A stretch of DNA of 63,915 bases, counting the filler, from Candidatus Hydrogenedentota bacterium (GTDB lineage Bacteria > JBFMHD01): the NCBI GenBank assembly GCA_040752395.1. It is 8 parts of 8 records of this genome, joined end to end, with 100 filler letters (N's around TTAATTAATTAA, not from the genome) between each part and the next. Parts side by side here need not be neighbours in the genome. Positions count along the whole stretch, not along the records: positions 18,758 to 24,884 come from JBFMHD010000169.1; positions 24,985 to 45,664 come from JBFMHD010000017.1; 6 more parts are not named here. One strand, given 5' to 3'. Under the pieces are notes generated by a model that was given only the letters and a program-made list of their open reading frames with translations, had not been told where the DNA came from and searched no databases. Numbering within the stretch: the first letter of the stretch is position 1; the number at the start of each line of letters is the position of its first letter. Position numbers and translations under genes: made by a program. Positions 20,129-29,442 of the stretch are shown here, one piece after another.

Positions 20129-22482
20129 TACCTCGCTATCATAATTTTCCAGAGGACTGGCTTACAATTATTAACACTGAACAGCACATAATACACACCG
20201 TTTGGACAGATACGACCATTACGTGTAATACCAGACCAGTTTATATCAAGTGATATATTAGCTATAATAGTTCCTGCTATTTCAAAAATAGGTCGTGAAC
20301 GTAAGTCTATTATCTTTAATAAATAATTACCGTCATTAGAAGATAACGCTCTAAATATAATAGGGAATTCTGTATGCGGATTCGATAAAGACCTGATTTG
20401 AATAGCAGTGGAACTATTTACTATAAGAAGTCCATAAATACTGAAATGAGTTAAAGTTACTGTGATTGTTTTGTTTACAAAATCAATATCTTCGTAAGTA
20501 GATATAATTTCCCATGCTTGAGTTGCCTCGTTGTAATATGCTATACGTTCATTACCAGCCACTGATTCAAGATAGAAGGTTGCAGTTACCGTTTGTGTTA
20601 ATGAATCGTTTAAATTTGTACCTGCTGTATCATAAACGTCTATCTGGTAGGTAACATAAAGTGTATCAGTACCTACTCTGAAATTGGGTGTCTGAGATTT
20701 AGTTATAACAGGGTTTAACCACTTATTTTCCTCACCAAAAGTAAGAGTGACATTATTACCATCAACATAAGGTGCGACACCACCAGAATCAGGGAGATAT
20801 ACCCGCATACTGTACTCTGTATCTACTCCGAGTAAATTACCATCGATATCACTTACTTGGGCCCTAATCTTTACATAGTATGTATGACCTGGTTTATAAT
20901 CGTAAGTAATAAAGATTTTTTTTGGAGTAGGATCAAATATTATCCTGGCTTGAACCTTGTTTGTTGTGGTGTCTTCAGCTACCGATATATATACTAACGA
21001 TGAAGTATCTATTAATTTTGTTGAAGTAAATGATATAGTTTTGGTCTCAGATAAAAAGACAATCGGAGTTAAATTTGAGATTGAATCAGATGTTATTTCA
21101 AATGGTGTGGTATCTGAGGTTGTTGTTGCGGTAGCTAAGGTTGTTTTTGTTGTGGTATCTGAGGCTGTTGTTGTGGTATCTGAGGCTGTTGTTGTGGTAG
21201 CGCTAGTTGCAGCGGCTGCTAAACCCACATCAACTACGGAGCTACTATTGTTCTCGTATATCTCAAAAATAACAACATCATTATCAGTTATTCCTACAAT
21301 AGCTATGTCATTGTCACCATCAGTATCAAGATTGGCCCAAATAGCATTACCCTCATATATGCCCATATAATTTATTACAGGTTCAGTATCCTTTGTAAAA
21401 GTACCATTATTATTCTTAAAAATAGCAAAACTCGGGACACCTGATCTGTCTATTCCTGTAAATAAAAGGTCCAAATCAGTATCACCATCATAGTTACCAA
21501 AACGAGCAGATGATCTCGTAGCGCCATATACATCATAAACGTCGGATGTAGATTCTAATCGAGTAAAATTAAAGTTCCCGTTGTTCCGTAAGATTATTGC
21601 ATCAGGCACATAGTCGTAATTCTCACCACTAACAACAAGATCAATCAGACCATCATTATTAAAATCGCCTGCATCTAATTCACCGTAAACTAAACTACCA
21701 CCAGAATCAACCAGTGGTTCTGAGATAACACTAAATGCATCATTTCCACTATTTTTGATAATAATTAATCTATAATTTCCTGCTCTATTTTCTCCGGTAC
21801 AGGCAAGGTCTAAATCTCCATCATTATCAAAATCAGCCCAGTCTAACCAACCACAACCAAGTCCATCAATGTAATCAGTTGCAGGGTCATTTGCTGGTTC
21901 TGATACTTTTCCCCAGGTTTGTGTTGTTGTGTCATATTTATAAATATGCAGAATAAAACCATCGTTAATATCAACTCCCATTAAAGCAATATCTAAATAA
22001 CCATCTTTATTATAATCTCCAAAAGATGCATAACATTGTTGTATATATGCTTCATTACCTTGCAGTGGTTGATTAATTTCAGTAAAGCTTCCAGTATCAT
22101 TACGGAATACTGAAAAAAAGTTACCGCTCAGTATAATGTCTGTATCTTTATCATTATCATAATCACCGAGATTCAGTTTGAAATCACGATACTTACTATT
22201 ATTATTATTATTAATAACTGGTTCAGCAGCTTTTATAAACTGATAATTTCCTTTATTATTAAATATCATAAGTCTCCCAACAAGGGTAACATCATAGCCA
22301 GCGACAACAAGGTCAAGGTCACCGTCATTATCCATATCGCCACTTTCCACTTTGCCATAACAGATACCTTGACCATCGTCTAACATCGGTGAAGTTTTAT
22401 AATTCCAAGCAGCATAAATATTTGATTCAGAGAAAAATAGCGCTATAATCATTAATACAAGAGTGCGTTTGAAATAGCCCAT
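20128..22482 (-). CDS. Secreted FG-GAP/VCBS repeat protein with Thr-rich linker, Ig-like domains and T9SS/FlgD-like C-terminal domain
   Basis: Seven GDxDxDGDxD repeats; TTTASD linker; LTHFSIY; C-terminal NP...IIDLRSR...WSG...NGVYY...KIMIAR. Confidence 0.88.
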   Translation of the reverse strand: MGYFKRTLVLMIIALFFSESNIYAAWNYKTSPMLDDGQGICYGKVESGDMDNDGDLDLVVAGYDVTLVGRLMIFNNKGNYQFIKAAEPVINNNNNSKYRDFKLNLGDYDNDKDTDIILSGNFFSVFRNDTGSFTEINQPLQGNEAYIQQCYASFGDYNKDGYLDIALMGVDINDGFILHIYKYDTTTQTWGKVSEPANDPATDYIDGLGCGWLDWADFDNDGDLDLACTGENRAGNYRLIIIKNSGNDAFSVISEPLVDSGGSLVYGELDAGDFNNDGLIDLVVSGENYDYVPDAIILRNNGNFNFTRLESTSDVYDVYGATRSSARFGNYDGDTDLDLLFTGIDRSGVPSFAIFKNNNGTFTKDTEPVINYMGIYEGNAIWANLDTDGDNDIAIVGITDNDVVIFEIYENNSSSVVDVGLAAAATSATTTTASDTTTTASDTTTKTTLATATTTSDTTPFEITSDSISNLTPIVFLSETKTISFTSTKLIDTSSLVYISVAEDTTTNKVQARIIFDPTPKKIFITYDYKPGHTYYVKIRAQVSDIDGNLLGVDTEYSMRVYLPDSGGVAPYVDGNNVTLTFGEENKWLNPVITKSQTPNFRVGTDTLYVTYQIDVYDTAGTNLNDSLTQTVTATFYLESVAGNERIAYYNEATQAWEIISTYEDIDFVNKTITVTLTHFSIYGLLIVNSSTAIQIRSLSNPHTEFPIIFRALSSNDGNYLLKIIDLRSRPIFEIAGTIIANISLDINWSGITRNGRICPNGVYYVLFSVNNCKPVLWKIMIAR
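21106..21199. repeat. 21-bp coding tandem repeat (Thr-rich linker)
   Basis: GTTGTGGTATCTGAGGCTGTT units. Confidence 0.8.
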
Positions 22483-22489
22483 ACTTAAT

Positions 22490-22634
22490 CTCCTCTGAAA
22501 AACATTGTAACTCTAATAATATCAAATAGAAGCAAGAAGCAAGAGGCAAGAAGCAAGATAACGCAAGAACGCAATAGTGTAGAGCGCAAACCGCGTTCAT
22601 GAGTACTCCTATGAAAAGTCTTGAGTCTTGGGTC
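22490..22634 (-). repeat. Mosaic element supplying the SD of the FG-GAP gene
   Basis: Revcomp reads GACTTTTCATAGGAGTACTCATG-REP-(CTTGCTT)n-TATTAGAGTTACAATGTTTTTCAGAGGAG-7nt-ATG. Confidence 0.9.
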
Positions 22635-22646
22635 TACTAAAGAGAA

Positions 22647-22662
22647 AGCAAGGCATATGCCA
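22647..22662 (-). promoter_or_regulatory. sigma54 (-24/-12) promoter
   Basis: TGGCATATGCCTTGCT, GG-N10-GC. Confidence 0.75.
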
Positions 22663-22818
22663 GTTTTGTTGGAGGAATTAATTCTAATATTTGTAGGATT
22701 TAATTTCTTTTATTAAGTGTGATATAGATTTTAATTTTTCACTTTGATAAAGATGAACTCAAATTTTTATCAAAATGAGAAGTAACATCCAGGCGAATAT
22801 CTAATGGTTATTATTTTA

Positions 22819-24360
22819 TTATATAGGTGTGATTTCAATTCTTTTTGATTGTTTATTTTCTTTGAACACACAGTATCTGGACTCAGTGTTTAAACAAATG
22901 GACTCGTTACCGATACTGATTTTAGAGCCTGGGAAGGCTGTATCCATAACTTTTACATAGCCTAAAACATTCGAGTATGCTCCCTGCATCAGTTTCTCTT
23001 CGTCCTCTTTAAGTTGGAAGATACGATATTTTACAGCGACCAGAGTTTTCTTTAATTGTATAAGCTTGTCTCTTTTTTCTGGTGGCAGTGCATTTAAATT
23101 TTTAATAAAATGTTCAAAGTCATAAATTACTTTTTCGATTTTATCTTGTTTCTGGATAAGATCAGCCATCTCCAATGATATTGCTTCAATCTTTTTGAGT
23201 ATATCAAGTGATATACCTATGTAAATCTCGGTTTTTGTACCGACATAAGACCCGATAAATTTTGCCCTGACACTGTCTTTTGCTTTAATAGTTCCGCCTA
23301 TTATAAACCCTTTCCCTTCCTCTACCACTACATCGCCCCCTGATAATATGTTACTATGTAGTATAGCAGATTTTACCACAACTTTTTCGCCTGCAATAAT
23401 GTTTGCATTCTCGATAAATTTAGCTTCAACTATCTTTGCTGCACTGATCAGTCCTTTTCCACTACCCTGTATTCCTTGTTTTATGATAACGCTTCCATTT
23501 ATACTTTTTATTATAGCGGCTTCGACACCACCACCAATAGAAATATTCCCATCAGCTTCTAAGTATAAACCGCTACGAACATAGCCTTTTATCTCTATAT
23601 CACCAGAGAAAGTCAGATTACCAAGAGAGACATCGAGGTCAGCTGGAATAAAATAGTATTTCTTGATTGTAAGAAGTTTACCGTCCCAATAGGCCTGACC
23701 GTTTATCAATGATGTTACTACGTTGGTATCCGGGTTATATTTAAAGTCTTCACAAAGATTTAATTCAAGATTTTTTGTTGGTGGTGGTTTGATTGCTTTC
23801 CCTTTTACTGTAATACCATCAGTGCCTTTATCTTCTGGATGGCAGATTAGTATAATCTCATCTTTATTCACAGGTTTAATGCTTTTACCTGTGGAATCAA
23901 ACTCTATTTTCCATTCCAACCAGCCATCTTTACCAGCTACAGGATCTTTTTGTCGAGCTATAACCATATCCTTAATAATGTCGAGGTTTTCGTGTTTTTT
24001 TATTACTTCTTTTAGATTTTCTTCAATAATACCAAACTTGACACCATTTTGGTTTAATTCCTGAAGCAGTGTTGCTCTATCAATAGACTTTCCATTCCCT
24101 ATAGGTGGGAATAGGTCAATAGAGGCATAACTTTCATCTTTGCTTATTTTAACTTTAAGTTCAGCATCCTTTGATGGCAATACCTTATAATTGTCTTTTA
24201 CAAGATTAAAGAGTTCTTTTTGAACCTCTATATTAGTATGCCCAATATTTTCTATAATCTCTCTTATTTCTTTATCTGTGGCCAGGGAACCATCCCTCTC
24301 GAGTTCTGTAAGTATCAGATCAGTATCAATCAATAAATGATCAAGTTGATTGGGATTCAT
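22819..24360 (-). CDS. FapA/DUF342 family protein (flagellar assembly)
   Basis: PPIGNGK, GVKFGI, GNLTFSGDIEIKG, beta-helix repeats, IIGG...GTKT, coiled coil. Confidence 0.9.
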   Translation of the reverse strand: MNPNQLDHLLIDTDLILTELERDGSLATDKEIREIIENIGHTNIEVQKELFNLVKDNYKVLPSKDAELKVKISKDESYASIDLFPPIGNGKSIDRATLLQELNQNGVKFGIIEENLKEVIKKHENLDIIKDMVIARQKDPVAGKDGWLEWKIEFDSTGKSIKPVNKDEIILICHPEDKGTDGITVKGKAIKPPPTKNLELNLCEDFKYNPDTNVVTSLINGQAYWDGKLLTIKKYYFIPADLDVSLGNLTFSGDIEIKGYVRSGLYLEADGNISIGGGVEAAIIKSINGSVIIKQGIQGSGKGLISAAKIVEAKFIENANIIAGEKVVVKSAILHSNILSGGDVVVEEGKGFIIGGTIKAKDSVRAKFIGSYVGTKTEIYIGISLDILKKIEAISLEMADLIQKQDKIEKVIYDFEHFIKNLNALPPEKRDKLIQLKKTLVAVKYRIFQLKEDEEKLMQGAYSNVLGYVKVMDTAFPGSKISIGNESICLNTESRYCVFKENKQSKRIEITPI

Positions 24361-24583
24361 AATATTTACCCTCCTTTTTATTAAAGTTGAAACTATTTAT
24401 ATAATTCCTTTCATTAAGTAGGAGGATAATGGTATCATAATAGATTCCAAAAAGTCGAAGAAATCTATCAAGTTCTTGTGAAATTTTTTTTGTATCATCA
24501 CAATAAATTAATGTTGAGATGGTTTTCAATGAAGCCAGTAATTCGCTTTTTATAGAACTAACAAATTTTTTAGTGTCATTCAT
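24341..24583 (-). CDS. Hypothetical small protein upstream of fapA
   Basis: Strong SD GAGGAGG; overlaps the fapA start. Confidence 0.65.
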   Translation of the reverse strand: MNDTKKFVSSIKSELLASLKTISTLIYCDDTKKISQELDRFLRLFGIYYDTIILLLNERNYINSFNFNKKEGKYYESQST

Positions 24584-24626
24584 CTTGATTTACCTCCTCT
24601 TTTTTAATAAACTCTACTAAAATAAG

Positions 24627-24642
24627 AGCAAAGGGTGTGCCA
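24627..24642 (-). promoter_or_regulatory. sigma54 (-24/-12) promoter
   Basis: TGGCACACCCTTTGCT, GG-N10-GC. Confidence 0.8.
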
Positions 24643-24884
24643 TAATTTTAATTCTTTAGTTAGCAATATTTTTTATTTAAGATACAAGTTTTGTATGAAA
24701 AGATTATTTTCATTTTGATAATTAAATATTGATATAAACAGGGTTTTTATGTATATTACTATACTTTAGCAGAAAATAAGTCAATGGATTTCATTTAAGC
24801 AGCCATTTTCAAGGTATTAAATAATGATTCTAATTTTTTATGGTTCACAGGGAAGTGATATAAACTATCAAAAATTAATTAGTG

Positions 24885-24984
24885 NNNNNNNNNNNNNNNN
24901 NNNNNNNNNNNNNNNNNNNNNNNNNNNNTTAATTAATTAANNNNNNNNNNNNNNNNNNNNNNNNNNNNNNNNNNNNNNNNNNNN
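24885..24984. other. Artificial contig linker
   Basis: N44-TTAATTAATTAA-N44. Confidence 0.99.
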
Positions 24985-25106
24985 AACAGGACTCGAGACT
25001 CAAGACTCAAGACTCAAGACTTTTCATAGGGGGCTCCAGCCGGCTGTAGTCCGTAGCCCGTAGCCTGTACCCCGAATTATTAGAGTTACAGCGTTTTTCA
25101 GAGGAG
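24985..25106 (+). repeat. Mosaic element supplying the SD of moxR
   Basis: (GACTCAA)n-TTTTCATAGGGG-CAGCCGGCTG-(TAGCCCG)-TTATTAGAGTTACAGCGTTTTTCAGAGGAG. Confidence 0.92.
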
Positions 25107-25116
25107 GGACTATTCT

Positions 25117-26100
25117 ATGTCTTTACAAGAGATTCAAGAAAGAGTTGAAAAAGAGAGTATTTTTGTAGAAGAGATATTTAATGAGATGAAGAAAGTCATA
25201 GTAGGTCAGCAAAAGTTGATCGAGCGATTGATTATTGGGCTGATTTCAAGGGGCCACATTTTAATCGAGGGTGTGCCAGGACTTGCTAAAACATTAGCTT
25301 GTTTATCTTTATCAAAGATAGCTGATTTAAAGTTTCAGCGGATCCAATTCACACCGGATTTACTTCCTGCTGATTTAACAGGTAGTCTTATATATAATTA
25401 TCAGAAAGCTGAATTTACAGTAAGAAAAGGGCCTATCTTTACAAACATACTGTTAGCTGATGAGATCAACCGTTCGCCTGCAAAGGTTCAGAGTGCTTTA
25501 CTTGAGGCTATGCAGGAGCGAAGAGTAACTATCGGTGAAGATACTTTCAATCTACCTGAGCCATTTTTTGTTCTTGCTACTGAAAATCCGATAGAGCAGG
25601 AAGGAACGTATCCTTTACCCGAGGCACAGGTCGACAGGTTTATGCTTAAAGTTGTTATTACCTATCCTGAGGTTGAAGAAGAAAAAATAATAATTGATCG
25701 AGCCTATGAGATAGAGAGTATCAAACTTAATAAAGTTATTAGTCCTGAGAGATTAGTCAAGGTAAGGGATGTTATTCAAAGTATATACTGTGATGATAAG
25801 ATAAAGGATTATGTGGTAGATTTAGTTCGGGCCACAAGGGAGCCTGAAAAATTTGGGTTTTCTTCTTTCAAAGACCTTATTGAGTATGGTGCTTCACCGC
25901 GAGCTTCAATATATCTTATTCAGTGTGCCAGGGCATTAGCATTTATGAGACATAGAGGTTTTGTTACACCCGAAGACATTAAGGCAATAGGCAGAGATAT
26001 TTTAAGACACAGGATAATTCTCAGTTATGAAGCTGAGGCTGAGAATGTTACAGCAGATAATATTATTGATAAGTTATTTGATACGATCCAGGTACCATAG
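25117..26100 (+). CDS. moxR: MoxR-family AAA+ ATPase
   Basis: EGVPGLAKT, RIQFTPDLLPAD, LADEINR, EQEGTYPLPEAQ, GASPR. Confidence 0.96.
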   Translation: MSLQEIQERVEKESIFVEEIFNEMKKVIVGQQKLIERLIIGLISRGHILIEGVPGLAKTLACLSLSKIADLKFQRIQFTPDLLPADLTGSLIYNYQKAEFTVRKGPIFTNILLADEINRSPAKVQSALLEAMQERRVTIGEDTFNLPEPFFVLATENPIEQEGTYPLPEAQVDRFMLKVVITYPEVEEEKIIIDRAYEIESIKLNKVISPERLVKVRDVIQSIYCDDKIKDYVVDLVRATREPEKFGFSSFKDLIEYGASPRASIYLIQCARALAFMRHRGFVTPEDIKAIGRDILRHRIILSYEAEAENVTADNIIDKLFDTIQVP

Positions 26101-26220
26101 GGGTTAGAAGTAAGAAGTGAGAAGTGAGAAGTAAGATAACTGAAAGAAAGAAAGGGTTAAGGTTAGGGTTGAGGTTGAGGAAGGAAAAAGAAAGATAACA
26201 AGAGGCAAGATAAAGAAACT
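26101..26220 (+). repeat. Purine-rich heptamer/hexamer repeat insert
   Basis: AGAAGTG x3, AGGTTG units, GAGGCAAGATAA. Confidence 0.75.
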
Positions 26221-26253
26221 ATACCAAAGCATGAAAAAATACCGGGGTTTTAC

Positions 26254-27129
26254 GTGGCAAGTGAGATTATTAAAAAAGTCAAAAAGATAGAGATTACCTC
26301 AAAAAAGTTAGTGAATGAATTTTTTGGTGGTGAGTATCATTCTGTATTTAAAGGTCAGGGGATTGAATTTCAGGAAGTAAGGGAGTATGTTCCGGGAGAT
26401 GAAGTAAAGAACATAGACTGGAATGTCACTGCTCGTATCGGGATGCCATACATTAAGAAATTTCACGAAGAAAGAGAACTCACTTTAATGATCGCTCTTG
26501 ATCTCTCAGGTACCCAGATTTTCGGGTCTGGCTCATTATTAAAACGTGAGGTTGCAGGTGAGATAGCAGCGGCTGTGGCATTCTCAGCTCTTAAAAATAA
26601 TGATAAAGTTGGCCTGCTTTTATTTACTGATAGAATAGAATTATTTATACCACCACGTAAAGGAACTAAACATATCCTGAGAATCCTTAGAGACTCGGTA
26701 TATTTTAAACCATCAGAGAAAAAAACAAGTATTACTCTTGCTTGTAATGTTTTAAATAGCGTATTAAAGCGTAAAGGCATTGTATTGTTTATATCTGATT
26801 TTCTTGATAATAATTTTGAGAAAGAAATCAAAACACTCTCAAAAAGACAGGATTTAATCCCTGTTATATTAAGAGATAAAAGAGAGGCAGAACCACCTGA
26901 CAGAGGGTTATTCAGACTCCTTAATCCTGAAACAGCAGATATTATGACAATAGATTTAGCAGATAAAAAAATTAAAGAATTCTATCTTAATAAGGTTAAC
27001 ACCCATTATAAAAATCTTAAAACAATGTTTGTTCAGACAGGGTGTATACCTGTGGAAATATTCACTGATACTGATTGGGTTAAAGTATTAAGAGTTTATT
27101 TTGAGAAACGAATAAAGAGAAGAAGATGA
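26254..27129 (+). CDS. DUF58 (vWA-associated) protein
   Basis: FKGQGIEFQEVREY.PGD, IDWNVTAR, EEREL, DLSGT, ISDF. Confidence 0.93.
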   Translation: MASEIIKKVKKIEITSKKLVNEFFGGEYHSVFKGQGIEFQEVREYVPGDEVKNIDWNVTARIGMPYIKKFHEERELTLMIALDLSGTQIFGSGSLLKREVAGEIAAAVAFSALKNNDKVGLLLFTDRIELFIPPRKGTKHILRILRDSVYFKPSEKKTSITLACNVLNSVLKRKGIVLFISDFLDNNFEKEIKTLSKRQDLIPVILRDKREAEPPDRGLFRLLNPETADIMTIDLADKKIKEFYLNKVNTHYKNLKTMFVQTGCIPVEIFTDTDWVKVLRVYFEKRIKRRR

Positions 27130-28079
27130 ATCTGATTAAAAGATTCAAAGAACTTACTGCTTTTTTATTTATTATTCCGACGATAGTGTTAGGGTTCCCA
27201 CTTGAGAGTGAAATAACCCCAGAGCAAGGGTATATAGGCGACACTTTTCTTTTAAATATCAATGTAAAACCATCTGCTTCTCAGTCTATCCTTGAATATC
27301 AGTACGATTTAGCCGAAGATAATTTTGATATTATTGACAAACAAACCTCGAATCCCGGGGGCGGAATACAGGAGACATATACATTGATAAGTTTTAATAC
27401 TGGTCGGTTAAGCCCAGGAGAGGTGAATTTAGTTTTACTTAATTCAACAGATGGGTCTACCGAGCCTTTTAAAATAACGTTACAGGATATAAATATAAAA
27501 TCTGTATTACAGGATAAAGCTGATACAATAAATATATATCCTGAAAGAGAGCCTGTAGCTATTAATAAATCGTATAAATATTTTATGAAAATGATATTTT
27601 TTATTTCCGGAATTATACTACTGATTTTGATAATGGTTATACTTATAAAAAAATATGCTTCAAAATTTATTAAAAAAGTTAAAAAAGAGATTATTGACCC
27701 GAGAACAGCTTATGAAATGGCATTAGATAGATTAGAGGAGATAAGAAAGAAGGATTATATAGGTAGCGGTTTGATCAAAGAGTATTACATAGAGGTACTG
27801 AATGTTTTGAGAATATATCTATCAGAGGTTTCGGGCCGAGGATTGCTTTCAGATACGATGGAAGAAGCGATGGGGGTCTTCAGAGATATTGTTTTAAATA
27901 ACGAATTCACAGAGATAAAAGACATATATTTTGAGGCCTGGATGGTAAAATTTGCAAAATATTATCCAGAGAAAGATAATATAAAGAGTTTCATTGACAG
28001 AGTTGAGGATTGGATAAAATCTTATTACAAGAGAACAAAAGAGGAATCACAAAATGCAGTTAGCTCAAAGCGGATTTAA
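27126..28079 (+). CDS. Bat-operon membrane protein (BatD-like N-terminus)
   Basis: Signal peptide, TM segment, AYEMAL...KEYY...VKFAK motif; operon position. Confidence 0.75.
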   Translation: MNLIKRFKELTAFLFIIPTIVLGFPLESEITPEQGYIGDTFLLNINVKPSASQSILEYQYDLAEDNFDIIDKQTSNPGGGIQETYTLISFNTGRLSPGEVNLVLLNSTDGSTEPFKITLQDINIKSVLQDKADTINIYPEREPVAINKSYKYFMKMIFFISGIILLILIMVILIKKYASKFIKKVKKEIIDPRTAYEMALDRLEEIRKKDYIGSGLIKEYYIEVLNVLRIYLSEVSGRGLLSDTMEEAMGVFRDIVLNNEFTEIKDIYFEAWMVKFAKYYPEKDNIKSFIDRVEDWIKSYYKRTKEESQNAVSSKRI

Positions 28080-29037
28080 AATATTACTCTTAGTCATTAT
28101 TTTATTCATAATTGCTATTATATTTCGAGAAAGGAGACGAGTAACCATACCCTTTTCAGGGTTATGGTTCTTAACAGATTATAAGAGTAAAAGAAGTCTT
28201 TTAAAGTATTTAACTGATTTATTGAGGATACTTGGAATTATTTTTCTTGTTATTGCTTTAGCAAGACCTCAGCGTGTTGAAAAGGGACTCTATTCTCATA
28301 TAGAGGGTGTGGATATCGTTTTAGTTTTAGATAGGTCCGGGAGTATGATATCAGAAGATTTTAAACCTAAAAACAGGCTTGATACAGCAAAAAATGTTAT
28401 CTCTGAATTTATTGATAAACGTCAGAATGACAGAATAGGGCTTGTTATTTTTGCAAGGAATAGCTATCTACAAGCACCTTTAACACTTGACCATGCAATA
28501 ATTAAAAAAGTCCTGGATAAAGTTGAGATAGCTCAAGGCGAAGAAGACGGAACTGCCATAGGAATGGGACTTATGAATGGGATCAACAGACTGAAAAATT
28601 CAAATGCTAAAAGTAAAATTATAATACTGTTAACAGATGGTGTAAACAATGCAGGTGCGGTTGACCCACAAACCGCTGCGAAAGTCGCTGAAGCCTATAA
28701 TATTAAAATTTACACAATTGGGGTCGGTACTGAAGGCTATGCACCAGTCCCTTTTTATCATCCGATATTTGGGAAGGTTTATCAGAATGTAAAGGTTGAG
28801 ATAGATGAAGAAATTTTAACTAAAATATCTGAGATAACACGAGGTGTTTTTTATAGAGCCACTAATCCTCAGAGACTTCGTCAAATATATAATGAGATAG
28901 ATAAACTTGAAAAAAGCAAATATGAGCAAAAAATTACAAATTATAAAGAAGAGTATTTTGTATTTGCGTTCATCGGATTATTGTTTTTATTTGTTGAGAT
29001 TCTTTTAAGAAATACGTTATTTCTCGAGATATTTTAA
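28054..29037 (+). CDS. batA: vWA domain protein BatA
   Basis: ALARPQ, DRSGSM, PLTLD, GTAIG, LLTDG, IYTIGVG. Confidence 0.92.
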   Translation: MQLAQSGFKILLLVIILFIIAIIFRERRRVTIPFSGLWFLTDYKSKRSLLKYLTDLLRILGIIFLVIALARPQRVEKGLYSHIEGVDIVLVLDRSGSMISEDFKPKNRLDTAKNVISEFIDKRQNDRIGLVIFARNSYLQAPLTLDHAIIKKVLDKVEIAQGEEDGTAIGMGLMNGINRLKNSNAKSKIIILLTDGVNNAGAVDPQTAAKVAEAYNIKIYTIGVGTEGYAPVPFYHPIFGKVYQNVKVEIDEEILTKISEITRGVFYRATNPQRLRQIYNEIDKLEKSKYEQKITNYKEEYFVFAFIGLLFLFVEILLRNTLFLEIF

Positions 29038-29430
29038 CCAGTTACTTTTTTAGATGAGTTTTCATGAGCACTTTTGTGCTCTACACCTAACCCCCAGAAT
29101 ATGTGAAAAAATTGTAGTGAGCATCTTTAGATGCGTCTGCAAAGGCACAAAGGCAGACAGTACGATGAAAAAGATAGGAGTTAGGAGTTCGTGATAATAG
29201 ATCCGAGCTCCGAGCTTCGAACTTTTTCAGAGGAGTACTCATGAACACGGTTTGCGCTCTACACTATTGGGTTATTGCGTTTTTGCGCTCTACACAAAGG
29301 ATGAAAAACTAAAGATGATATGAAAAGAGTCACAAGTCGCAAGTCGTGAGTCAAAACAGGACTCAAGACTCAAGACTTTTCAGCAGGCTCCGGGCTTCGG
29401 GCTACAGCCGGCAGGAGCCCAAAGCCCGGA
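29038..29430 (+). repeat. Long mosaic element between batA and batB
   Basis: Two TGAAAA-heptamer hairpin-TTTTCA cassettes separated by the GAGGAGTACTCATG-REP core. Confidence 0.92.
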
Positions 29431-29442
29431 AGAAGGAACACT

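Noticed and set aside
29038-29430. Integron attC sites
   Set aside because: No RYYYAAC/GTTRRRY-bounded hairpins, flanking genes are operon members, and no integrase is present
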